In this document: positions 24,962-33,722 of the stretch, piece after piece
Layout: every line of letters begins with the position of its first letter
Numbering within the stretch: position 1 is the stretch's first letter
Origin: a virus
Lineage: Duplodnaviria; Caudoviricetes
IMG/VR virus record: IMGVR_UViG_3300048838_000710
Location: 1-39,837 of that record
DNA length: 39,837 bases
Strand: one strand, 5' to 3'
The notes under the pieces: model-generated
What the model was told of the DNA's origin: nothing
Database searches by the model: none
The model's input: the letters and a program-made list of their open reading frames with translations, nothing else
Translations under genes and position numbers: made by a program

Positions 24962-26916
24962 TATCGTTCTACAAAGTTTCCCAACAAGATAATCTTTCTT
25001 ATCGGACAGTTGTTGGTCGTGTCTCCGTTTGAATAATCAACCGATACCCTCACATCCTCCACTGGTACAAGGTCAATCGTTCTAAACACATGTCTTGTGC
25101 TGTTTTCCCCTGTTACTTCGACTGCCGTTGATGTCTCCGCTCCCTGATTCCCTTCAAGTGTTATATCGGCTTGGGCGTCAGATCCCAGAGCTTTTGTCGC
25201 GACGATAACTGTATGAACCTTTCCCAACATCCTTTCTTTCGTTAAATCTACAAACACGCTTTTCCAATTTGATGTAGTCGATAATCCGCTAAACTTAGCC
25301 AGGCGGTGGTTCGTGCCTCCATCAGTGCTTGCGATCATCGGAGTTCCAAACGGTGCAGCTATTGCGCCCAATGTGCTATGACCACCATCGGCGAGGGTAG
25401 AAACTTGTATCGGTAGTTGTTCTACAGAAGCCCCTACAGTCCAAGCATCGCCACTTGATGCGAAGAGTATTGTGTTCTTGTAGAGTGTCTTCTGTCTATG
25501 GTCCGGCAGCGTACCCGAGAAGTATCGAAGAGGTTTTATCTGTCTACCCGAAAGCCACCCGACTGTAAATGCTCCCGAGCTGTTATCTTGATAGGCTACG
25601 TAAACAATACCGTTAAGAACATACAGAAACCCTATCTTTTGGCTTCCCAAGCCCGCTTCGTCTGAGAGGATGTTTGATATAGCCGAACCATCATAGAGGT
25701 ATATTTGACCTCGCCTACCTTCTCCATAGTTAACAGCTATCCACCATAGATTAGAATGAAAGACAACATCAGCGATCTCAGCTCCTTCCCCAAAGTCAAG
25801 TTTCTGAACATCTAAGATAGATGATCCTTCAACATACACCCCCAAGTAACGGCCGTTACCAAAGACCATGATGTCTTCCTTTGTCGCTGATGGGTGCAGG
25901 GCATTCTCAAGTGCCTGATCGGCTGAAGAACCCCATGTTTCGATTAGCTCTCCATCGGTGCTGGCGTCCGTGTAATAGACAGTGATTCTCACATGATCTA
26001 TATTGGCAATTGGTCCGGTCTCGCTAACACTCACTGAGATTGCTACACCGAAATCGCTTGCGTTTATGTCAGTATATGCCCAAGTTGTGCCCCATAAATC
26101 TGTGCTGCTTCCATGAGTGACATACTGAGGAGATGTAGGCCAATTATCCGATTCCGCTCTATCTGTTACTCCGATAGTGCCTCCCTTAACTATTCGTACT
26201 CTTTCATCAGTGATATCTCCTCCTGCTCCAGGGTCATTGAACTTATTAATCTCAACTTTTATTCCCTGTATCGTTGCCGTCGATGGGATGTCAAATCCAA
26301 AGTTGGTGATCTTCAAGTATTGACTTGGATCTGTCGTAGATGGTTCGAATGCAGCTAGATCGCCATCACCTAGCTCCTCAACTCCTTCACTCAAAGTACC
26401 CGAAACACCTGCCCATGCTTCATTTCCATATGAATTGTCGTTGGCGGCTGTCTCAGGACTCCTGATCTTATAGAGCTCATCTAGTGGCATGGCGGCAATA
26501 TCACCATCGCTCGATCGGTTATAGAAAACATAAAGATGTTTCTTGAGTCGGATTGCGCTCTCTCCCGCAGTCATATTGGTAATCGTTTGAGGCCATGAAG
26601 GAGTTCCCCCACTTACAACTGTAGTAGGGGTGATTTTAAAGAACTTTGTTGTACCAACCCCAAAGGTAGTACTGGAATCAACTGGCTTATCTAGAATTGT
26701 ACGGATGAGCTGATCAACTACCCCTGCTTGCGATCCGTTGGTCAGATCAGAGAGTCCGGGGCTTTGCTGTAAGAATCCGGGGTTGGAAATGACATCAGCA
26801 CGCATGGTGCTAGCTTGTCCTTTGTTGCCCAAGAAAGTCTTGTCATCAATATGCGCTATGGGAGCGAGTCCTTCGTTGAAGTCGGAAAATTCAATTGAAA
26901 AATCGGTATCTGCCAT
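24961..26916 (-). CDS. Tail hub/nozzle protein (P22 gp10-like beta-propeller) with an inserted beta-sandwich domain
   Basis: Beta-rich 651 aa; position after adaptor/portal and before ejection genes. Confidence 0.6.
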   Translation of the reverse strand: MADTDFSIEFSDFNEGLAPIAHIDDKTFLGNKGQASTMRADVISNPGFLQQSPGLSDLTNGSQAGVVDQLIRTILDKPVDSSTTFGVGTTKFFKITPTTVVSGGTPSWPQTITNMTAGESAIRLKKHLYVFYNRSSDGDIAAMPLDELYKIRSPETAANDNSYGNEAWAGVSGTLSEGVEELGDGDLAAFEPSTTDPSQYLKITNFGFDIPSTATIQGIKVEINKFNDPGAGGDITDERVRIVKGGTIGVTDRAESDNWPTSPQYVTHGSSTDLWGTTWAYTDINASDFGVAISVSVSETGPIANIDHVRITVYYTDASTDGELIETWGSSADQALENALHPSATKEDIMVFGNGRYLGVYVEGSSILDVQKLDFGEGAEIADVVFHSNLWWIAVNYGEGRRGQIYLYDGSAISNILSDEAGLGSQKIGFLYVLNGIVYVAYQDNSSGAFTVGWLSGRQIKPLRYFSGTLPDHRQKTLYKNTILFASSGDAWTVGASVEQLPIQVSTLADGGHSTLGAIAAPFGTPMIASTDGGTNHRLAKFSGLSTTSNWKSVFVDLTKERMLGKVHTVIVATKALGSDAQADITLEGNQGAETSTAVEVTGENSTRHVFRTIDLVPVEDVRVSVDYSNGDTTNNCPIRKIILLGNFVER

Positions 26917-26917
26917 G

Positions 26918-28693
26918 TCACTGTGTTAGTTGCCCGTTCTGTTGTGCTTGTGCTTCTCCTTCACGTTGTGCGTTTTCAGGGTTTCTATTGGTGATCTGGG
27001 TCTCTGCCGGCGCTTCCTCACGTTTCGGAGGTACTGGTATGCCACGAATCTTATAGAGCGTGTCCAGTATCCATGCAATCCTGTCTGGATCTTGTTCGAT
27101 TTGGACTAAATTAATGAGGTCTTGCACGTTATCTGCAATGTCAGAGTTCTCACCTGTAATTGTGATATGAAGTCTTGAAAGAACCCCTTTCCATATCTCT
27201 TGAGCGTTCTCAATAACAGGGTCTACTCGTCTCAACTCATCAAGCTTCTCGGCCTTAATCGCTTCAGCCATATCTTTAGTATGTGGACCAATGGCGACTA
27301 GATTTTTGATGTACCAACTCTCAACTAGAACTTCGCGGAACTGGTCAAGAATTTCTATATCCCCAACTAACCTGAAGATGTCTTTGCCTTTCATGTCCAT
27401 GACAAGCTCGGGTAACACCCATTGTCGGAATACTCGTTTGTATGGCAGTGTTAGCTTTTGTCTGAGCATGATAAACATCTTGCCTGCGTTTTGATCAGTA
27501 AGGAGTCCTAGTCTAAATGGAGTACCTGAGGGTAAGGATTCGCCTCGCACGACTTCAAAGGAATTACTTAGTCTATCGGCGTCATCCATGAGCCGGTTCC
27601 AATCAGCAATTAACTGATCCAAGCCCCTCATCCTAACATCGACTTGCATCAGGTCTTCTGTGATGACCACATCGCCGTTATCGAGATCGGCTCTGATGTT
27701 TTGTAAAACTCTTGAGTCTTTGCTTCTAAATATCACCTTGGAAGCCCAATCAAGCCCTCGAGCAAGCTGGTTCCCTATTTCATTGGCCCTGATCTGGTGG
27801 TCAAAGAGAAGCTCGTACATTCCAACCCGCCAGAATCTCCCCTCATACCTACCTCTGTGGGCGTAGATATAGTGGTCGGACATCTTACCGTCCAGTTTCT
27901 CAGCAAACAGCGTGTATTTCTTACCCGTACCATTCTTCTTAAGCCCTGCAACTATCACCTTGGCTAAGAAATATTTACTGTCATCTCCCCCACTATCGCC
28001 GTTGGCTTCGTTAAATTCTTTCTCCGACACTTCGCCTGTAAACTCAAAGACCTCATATCTTTTGCCAGTTGATTCAATTGGAGTCGTCTGAGTTGTGGCA
28101 GTGAAGCTCTTGTTGCCCAACGATTTAATCACTTCGTCGATGTTATCCCACTCGCTCATTCCCCTTAACTGCGAAGCTGTCATTTCGTGACGCTCGATGA
28201 TGTCTGTGTCGTCGATAGATTCTGCTCTTGTATTGGTGATGTAGGTATTCAGATGATCGACCATCTCGTAACCACCAGTCACCTTTTTAAAACCGACATT
28301 TCCATTAGTGACAAATTCCTCCACCGCTGCCTTAAGCTTGTCGTCCTCTCCATTTTCTGCCATCCATTCTTTGAGTGAGGCATTGGCCAAGAAAACAGCG
28401 GCGAAGTCTTGTCTAGGGTTTATCGAAAATACGAGAATGTGTTTAGTATCAAATCGTAGATTCTTAACCTCGCTATCTACTCTGGGCGCGATAATGTCAT
28501 AGTAGTAGTTGTAGGAGAGATCGGAGTTAATTTTGTTTCCGGTCAAGTCTCGATTTCTGAATTTGTAGATTCGGTTTATTAGCTTGTACTGGCTGAAATT
28601 GACCTCAGAAGAAAGTTCAATGCTTGAAGTAAGATAAGCACCAATATCTGATTCCATTCGCTTAAATAGTGTTGATTGTGTTTCTTTTGCCAT
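26918..28693 (-). CDS. Portal protein (podovirus type)
   Basis: 591 aa; GRFWRVGMYELLFDHQIRANEIGNQ stem-helix motif, GESLPSGTPF, Q-rich C terminus. Confidence 0.78.
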   Translation of the reverse strand: MAKETQSTLFKRMESDIGAYLTSSIELSSEVNFSQYKLINRIYKFRNRDLTGNKINSDLSYNYYYDIIAPRVDSEVKNLRFDTKHILVFSINPRQDFAAVFLANASLKEWMAENGEDDKLKAAVEEFVTNGNVGFKKVTGGYEMVDHLNTYITNTRAESIDDTDIIERHEMTASQLRGMSEWDNIDEVIKSLGNKSFTATTQTTPIESTGKRYEVFEFTGEVSEKEFNEANGDSGGDDSKYFLAKVIVAGLKKNGTGKKYTLFAEKLDGKMSDHYIYAHRGRYEGRFWRVGMYELLFDHQIRANEIGNQLARGLDWASKVIFRSKDSRVLQNIRADLDNGDVVITEDLMQVDVRMRGLDQLIADWNRLMDDADRLSNSFEVVRGESLPSGTPFRLGLLTDQNAGKMFIMLRQKLTLPYKRVFRQWVLPELVMDMKGKDIFRLVGDIEILDQFREVLVESWYIKNLVAIGPHTKDMAEAIKAEKLDELRRVDPVIENAQEIWKGVLSRLHITITGENSDIADNVQDLINLVQIEQDPDRIAWILDTLYKIRGIPVPPKREEAPAETQITNRNPENAQREGEAQAQQNGQLTQ

Positions 28694-29409
28694 TAAAGTC
28701 CGTATGATTTGATATTCGCCTTAGCCAGTCTCAATCTGGTCCTGTCGTCTGGGCTTCGTCTTTCGTAGTGTTCTCGGATTGCTGCCCTGATTCTTTCTTT
28801 CTCGGCCGATAGCTGACTTAGCTTCTCCTTCATACCATTGGCTACTGCGTAGCGCATTGCCGCCCCAACTGATAGGAACTGATGAAACTGAGGATTGAAG
28901 CCTGGCGACTGAGTTGTATCCGTGCTCTCAAAGTGGTTGGCTCCCCTTTGAAACTCAAGCTCTACTCCCCCCGATGATCCATAATCAGGGACTGGGATAG
29001 GGAAGAAAGCATTATCGATTTTGTAGTAAGTGGAGGGTGTACCAGTAGCTCTCAAGTCGGTATCAGACAACTCTCGCCTAAGCTTGGGCGTTAGAGTGAC
29101 GAACTTACCATCTCGATTCTTTATACGTACACGGTGGACAACCAAAGATGCATCTGGAACTGTGTAGTGATCTTGATTTGCTTCTAGGTCAACCGTAGCA
29201 ATCGGGAAATCAGCATTTGTAAAGTCATCCCACATAAAGTTGGGATCAGCTTTAAAAAGCTCTGACACCACTTCGTCATAAGCGATGTTTATGTTTCTAG
29301 TTCTATCCTTGAGGGAATAAACGGAGTTGAAGGTGCTGCCGTCACCAAAGAGGAGAAAGTCGATATCTTGGATTAAGCCATTGTAATCTGTTGTGTCGCT
29401 AAACTGCAT
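28693..29409 (-). CDS. Head-tail adaptor protein
   Basis: INIAYDEV...NQDHYTVP...TGTPSTYY...PIPVPD...FHQFLSVGAA pattern of podovirus adaptor/tail tubular protein A; start ATG 29409. Confidence 0.7.
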   Translation of the reverse strand: MQFSDTTDYNGLIQDIDFLLFGDGSTFNSVYSLKDRTRNINIAYDEVVSELFKADPNFMWDDFTNADFPIATVDLEANQDHYTVPDASLVVHRVRIKNRDGKFVTLTPKLRRELSDTDLRATGTPSTYYKIDNAFFPIPVPDYGSSGGVELEFQRGANHFESTDTTQSPGFNPQFHQFLSVGAAMRYAVANGMKEKLSQLSAEKERIRAAIREHYERRSPDDRTRLRLAKANIKSYGL

Positions 29410-29416
29410 ATACAAG

Positions 29417-29442
29417 TCACAACGCTTGTATCCATCATAGCA
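29417..29442 (-). promoter_or_regulatory. Adaptor/portal operon promoter with +1 motif AAGCGTTGTGA
   Basis: TGC-TATGAT, 6 nt, AAGCGTTGTGAC (29427-29416). Confidence 0.7.
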
Positions 29443-29551
29443 TATTTATATTTCTTAAAGTGTGTAAAAATGTGCTGACTTTATGGACTTGCTCAGTCTA
29501 GCATTTATGACAGAGAGGTTTCAAGTTATACTTTGTGTCAGGAGGTGTAAT

Positions 29552-29932
29552 ATGTCGGGTCGATTTTCTGATTTAAAGCCAGGTAGTGATAGTCGAAAGG
29601 AATTTTGGAACGCAAACGAGTTTCTTATTAGGCTATTGCTTGAGGAAATTAACCGAGATGTATTTGACAGTAAGGGGGAGTTTCGTTTTGCTAGGCATGT
29701 TATACATAGCGCAAGAAATTCCGTGAACGAACCAAATCTCTATCTTGAGACCAATAGAGGTTCAATTACCGTATGTACGGCCAGCACAGAAACACTACGA
29801 GTGGTCGTTGAAAGATACACCTACTGTAACGGATACGACATTGGTATCAGCGCTACTGGTAGATGGTGGATTACGGAACCATATCAACTAGAAGAAATCC
29901 TAGTCCTTGGTATACAGTATATGCTCGGCTAG
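29552..29932 (+). CDS. Hypothetical accessory protein
   Basis: TATACT and AGGAGGTG SD place the start at ATG 29552. Confidence 0.65.
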   Translation: MSGRFSDLKPGSDSRKEFWNANEFLIRLLLEEINRDVFDSKGEFRFARHVIHSARNSVNEPNLYLETNRGSITVCTASTETLRVVVERYTYCNGYDIGISATGRWWITEPYQLEEILVLGIQYMLG

Positions 29933-30189
29933 TACTTAGGCTAATCTACGTCTCGGCATAGGTGGACATGTTAATTCTATTCTGTCCATTTTCGGAATCG
30001 TCACAAATCACTCCCCTACTCTCCCCTACCGTAGAAATAGGCATATTCTGAACCTGACAGGGATACACAGGTCCGATAGGGGATAGGTAAATACCGTGAT
30101 TGCGGAGATTGTGCGGTAATTCGGTATGTTTCAGAGAGAGGCGTACCTGACTTAAAACAGTCTAACACTTATGGTTGGGCTATTTCAAC

Positions 30190-30522
30190 TCATCTTCCGA
30201 ATTTTTTTCGGAGTCTTTCTTGCTCCTCTGCCCGTTTACGGTCCTTTTCCTCAACTGCTTCGTTGGCCGCAACATAAAGGCGATGCTGGTTTTCGATAAG
30301 GATATCTTCGATCAACATAATTTCCGCACTAGTGAGTCGTTCGTAGGGATTAGCCATCTGGAAGACGACAGGATCATTAGGAGGCACCCAAAACGACGCC
30401 CACGCCTCACCCGAATACGCAACCACTTTCGCAAATTTCCCTGGAACGGAACTATTCGGATCAATGTAAATCCCAAACGGCCCTCGACTGAAAATGTATA
30501 CAAGCCCTTCTGACACACTCAT
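30190..30522 (-). CDS. Hypothetical protein
   Basis: GGGAGGT SD; charged C-terminal helix. Confidence 0.65.
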   Translation of the reverse strand: MSVSEGLVYIFSRGPFGIYIDPNSSVPGKFAKVVAYSGEAWASFWVPPNDPVVFQMANPYERLTSAEIMLIEDILIENQHRLYVAANEAVEEKDRKRAEEQERLRKKFGR

Positions 30523-30534
30523 TTAGAACCTCCC

Positions 30535-30864
30535 TTATGCTCCCACAAACATTGGACACTCTTTGGCAACTCTCTCAACACTCGGCAAAGTCACAAACCA
30601 CTCCCCATCAATTATCGTCGCTACACCATACCATGCTTCCTCATCTTCAATTGCGGTAAAGCAAACTGATCCTTCAGCTCCTTGTGAATAAGTGATTGAT
30701 AAATCAGCGCTAACCCTGCCAGTGATCAGGTAGGCGATTCGACCATCAAGTTCTGTCGGAGCTTTACTCGGCGAGCAACTGGCTAACGCCAAACCAAATA
30801 ATAGCGTAACCCTCCATAACGCGATCATGGCTCCCTGTTTTAGCACAGATTCGCTCTTGATCAT
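30535..30864 (-). CDS. Putative lipoprotein
   Basis: Hydrophobic signal ending in lipobox-like LASC. Confidence 0.6.
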   Translation of the reverse strand: MIKSESVLKQGAMIALWRVTLLFGLALASCSPSKAPTELDGRIAYLITGRVSADLSITYSQGAEGSVCFTAIEDEEAWYGVATIIDGEWFVTLPSVERVAKECPMFVGA

Positions 30865-30902
30865 AAAATGGATTTTAATATCCAGTCGAATAGGAGAATC
30901 TT

Positions 30903-31064
30903 ATGAATATCTTGGAGAAGTGGGAAGTCTCCCCAGATGATCTCACTCTGCTACTTGACGAGAACCCGAGTTTGAGGGGTATGTTGTTAGGTTACGTAGC
31001 CGAAATGAAGCTGAAAGAGTCGATTTTGGCGTTTCTTGAAGTGTCTTACACATTGACCAAGTGA
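30903..31064 (+). pseudogene. 53-aa ORF resembling the N terminus of a type II restriction endonuclease (truncated remnant)
   Basis: GGAG SD; MNILEKWEVSPDDLTLLLDENPSLRGMLLGYVAEMKL; family resemblance recalled, not searched; directly upstream of the MTase. Confidence 0.5.
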
Positions 31065-31135
31065 TGTTAAAGTTATGCTTCATATGGATAAGTGGTAGAA
31101 TATATGTACTAAGATACCACAGAGGTTGATTCAAA

Positions 31136-32209
31136 TTGGACTGCCCCACGACACTTGATAGCTTAGTTGAAAGCATTGATCAAACACCCATATCAGTGAC
31201 ACCTAAAGGCATTTTATATAAGGGTGATTCGCTTGAGGTGCTTAAGAAGTTTCCTGATCACAGCGTTTCATTGATTATCACAGACCCCCCCTATCATACA
31301 ACCGGCAAGAAGAATATCTATGGCGATACTGCATTCAAAGAGGATGAGCATTATCTTGAATGGATGGCTCTATATTCGAAAGAATGGATCCGAGTTTTGA
31401 AACCAAACGGCTCATTGTTTTGTTTCTGTTCCCCAGCAATGGCTGGCAGGCTAGAGGGAATACTTTTCAATTACTTTAATGTTCTTTCTCATATTGTCTG
31501 GACCAAACCCAATGAACCAGGGTTCGACGGCTGGAAACAAAAGATGAGTAAGGGTGCACTTAGACAATGGTACGATCATTCAGAGAGAATCATCTTCGCT
31601 GAACCAGCTAAACCAGGAAACCTGTACCGATCATATTTCGGAAACCTAATAAAGGAATTTAGGCTAGAAGCTGGACTAACATGTAAGTCACTAACCGAAA
31701 TGATTGGAGCGTACGGCAAAGTTAATCATGGAGGAGCCGTCGCAAACTGGGAAGCGGGCAGAAATGTCCCTAGTGAAGAACAGTACGAAAAGTTAAGATG
31801 GGCAATCAAGCAAACCAGTGGTAAGGAGATGCCCGAATATCAAGAGGTGGTGCGCCCTTTCAATGTGGATAAGACCAAAGAGTTTATTGACGTCTGGACA
31901 TTTCCTAACATTCGACCATATAACGGAAAGCATCCCGCTGAGAAACCGATAGCCTTATTGGAACATGCAATTGCGGCCACAACTTATCCCGGCGATATTG
32001 TACTAGATTGTTTTGCAGGTTCAGGTTCAACTGCAGTCGCAGCGATGAAACTTGGGAGGAGATCGGTGTCCATAGAGATCGAGCAAAAGTGGTGCAATAA
32101 AATCGCGAAACTCTTGAAATTTCTAAGCGACAGAGATTACACCATCTTTCCCGACAACTACGATTCAACGTCTATGTCACTAGAACGTTTTCAGGGCAGA
32201 CTATTCTGA
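31136..32209 (+). CDS. Beta-class N4/N6 DNA methyltransferase with internal XRE-type HTH
   Basis: ITDPPY, HPAEKP, VLDCFAGSGST; insert IKEFRLEAGLTCKSL...VANWEAGRNVP. Confidence 0.92.
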   Translation: MDCPTTLDSLVESIDQTPISVTPKGILYKGDSLEVLKKFPDHSVSLIITDPPYHTTGKKNIYGDTAFKEDEHYLEWMALYSKEWIRVLKPNGSLFCFCSPAMAGRLEGILFNYFNVLSHIVWTKPNEPGFDGWKQKMSKGALRQWYDHSERIIFAEPAKPGNLYRSYFGNLIKEFRLEAGLTCKSLTEMIGAYGKVNHGGAVANWEAGRNVPSEEQYEKLRWAIKQTSGKEMPEYQEVVRPFNVDKTKEFIDVWTFPNIRPYNGKHPAEKPIALLEHAIAATTYPGDIVLDCFAGSGSTAVAAMKLGRRSVSIEIEQKWCNKIAKLLKFLSDRDYTIFPDNYDSTSMSLERFQGRLF

Positions 32210-33171
32210 CTCACAAATCCCGATTGGTGATTTCTCTCAAGCACTTGTTGCATCCAATTAAGTGTCTTTTCGACCCCATCGTCTTTCGTGACAACATTGC
32301 AATGGTGATGTCCCCAGCCTAAATTATACGGTCTGTGATTATAGCTCCCATACCTCAGCTCCTTTATGTGAAAGAGATTTATCTCAGTTACAGTCAGATC
32401 TGGGACATCTCGGCCCTCTGCTTGAATCAGCCTTCTTAAGAAACCGTTCCCTGACAACTCTTCCAAACATAAAGGACAAACCGTCCTATTTTGCTTGTTG
32501 ATGATCCTTGCTTGAATCAACTGGTCAAAATCAAGAAGTTTGAGCTGATGACAATTATTGAGAATAGTATCTTTTCGATATATTGCCCCTTCTTTGTTCA
32601 TCCCATTGTCGCTAACGGTCTCAACCGAATCAAGACATAGCCAATATATCGCCTCCAACTGCAAACGGCACTTGGCTAAATTTGTAGTGCTAGCATATTC
32701 ATAGAGTCTAATCCCTGCACCTTTATTTTTGGATGATGTAAACCCTCTTCTTATCTTCTCGCCACCTTCTGTTGCTGTAGTAGCGGGAACCCTCGCGACA
32801 TAGTGTCCGCCAAGGGGTGCTTTTCTACTTTGTGCTGGAGTCCAACCGAGTTTCTCTGGGTTATATCGCTCCCAGTCTGATCTAGTTTCATAGAAGACAA
32901 TACAATTGTGCCCCAATTCTAAGTCTAGCGCTTCCGGCAGAACATCACTTTCAAAATAGATCTGTGGGGTGATCAGGACAATATAACCATTGTCAAAACC
33001 ATCTTCAGGAAAGAGAGTTTGAGACCCCCAGAAGGGGTAAGGTATCAAGACGGTTGAGTTTCTACCTACTCGGTTCTGGTAGATAACATCATCATCGGCT
33101 CCTCGTGTCTGCCCCGTCTTATAAATCTTCCTGTCGAGCAATTGAGGTAACTTGGGCAATCTTGGCTTCAT
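32191..33171 (-). CDS. BstXI-family type II restriction endonuclease (HNH-type active site)
   Basis: N terminus LPQLLDRKIYKTGQTRGADDDVIYQNRV recognised as BstXI family; CPLC...LFHI...NLGWGHHHCN; convergent with the MTase. Confidence 0.82.
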   Translation of the reverse strand: MKPRLPKLPQLLDRKIYKTGQTRGADDDVIYQNRVGRNSTVLIPYPFWGSQTLFPEDGFDNGYIVLITPQIYFESDVLPEALDLELGHNCIVFYETRSDWERYNPEKLGWTPAQSRKAPLGGHYVARVPATTATEGGEKIRRGFTSSKNKGAGIRLYEYASTTNLAKCRLQLEAIYWLCLDSVETVSDNGMNKEGAIYRKDTILNNCHQLKLLDFDQLIQARIINKQNRTVCPLCLEELSGNGFLRRLIQAEGRDVPDLTVTEINLFHIKELRYGSYNHRPYNLGWGHHHCNVVTKDDGVEKTLNWMQQVLERNHQSGFVSQNSLP

Positions 33172-33313
33172 TGATTTCTTGAATGCTCAAGGAATTTTAA
33201 AATCTGCCCAAGATTCTAAGGCAATTTTCTACTCTGCGCTAATTGATAGAGTTAGTTTTGCCATCCCCATATATGCCCTAACTGGACAAACTGGGAGTAT
33301 GCTATCCTAATAC

Positions 33314-33568
33314 ATGCAAGAAAGTGGTCTTGAAAACAAACGTCAAGTCTATCGTGCCATTAGAAGCCTTATCCACAATAGACAACTGCAACCACTAGTT
33401 TCAGAGCGTATTGAGCGCGCTGAAGCAACCATCCGAAGTGGGCTTCTTGTAAACGATACAACTGAGCTACGTGTTGGCAACTTCGAGGTGATTCTTGATG
33501 AAAGTAACCGAATCAATCTGAATCGCCTGACTGTTGACGGTTGGCGACAGGTTCCTTTGGAGCTCTGA
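33314..33568 (+). CDS. Hypothetical protein
   Basis: TGC-TATCCT 5 nt before the ATG. Confidence 0.6.
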   Translation: MQESGLENKRQVYRAIRSLIHNRQLQPLVSERIERAEATIRSGLLVNDTTELRVGNFEVILDESNRINLNRLTVDGWRQVPLEL

Positions 33569-33722
33569 GATGGTTCTGAACAAAATCCTTAACTGCCCGA
33601 TCAAGTAAGACTGTCATAGCTAACCCTGTTTTCAGTTTTAGAAAATACAATTCCCTAACCCTATCCGAGTGTAGTTTGGGTTGATATCTATTCTGGTCGT
33701 GTTGTCGGGATATTCGTTCCAT
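33513..33722 (-). CDS. Small ribbon-helix-helix-like DNA-binding protein
   Basis: YQPKLHSDRVRELY...TGLAMTVLLDRAVKDF beta-alpha-alpha pattern. Confidence 0.55.
   Translation of the reverse strand: MERISRQHDQNRYQPKLHSDRVRELYFLKLKTGLAMTVLLDRAVKDFVQNHLRAPKEPVANRQQSGDSD

Noticed and set aside
30161-30176. TAACACTTATGG resembling the 1727-1740 loop sequence as a second antisense pair
   Set aside because: Gapped, short and in the same orientation; compatible with chance.
30943-31176. 77-aa minus-strand ORF as an R-M controller (C) protein
   Set aside because: No HTH pattern; it overlaps the MTase start, its promoter and the REase-like remnant.
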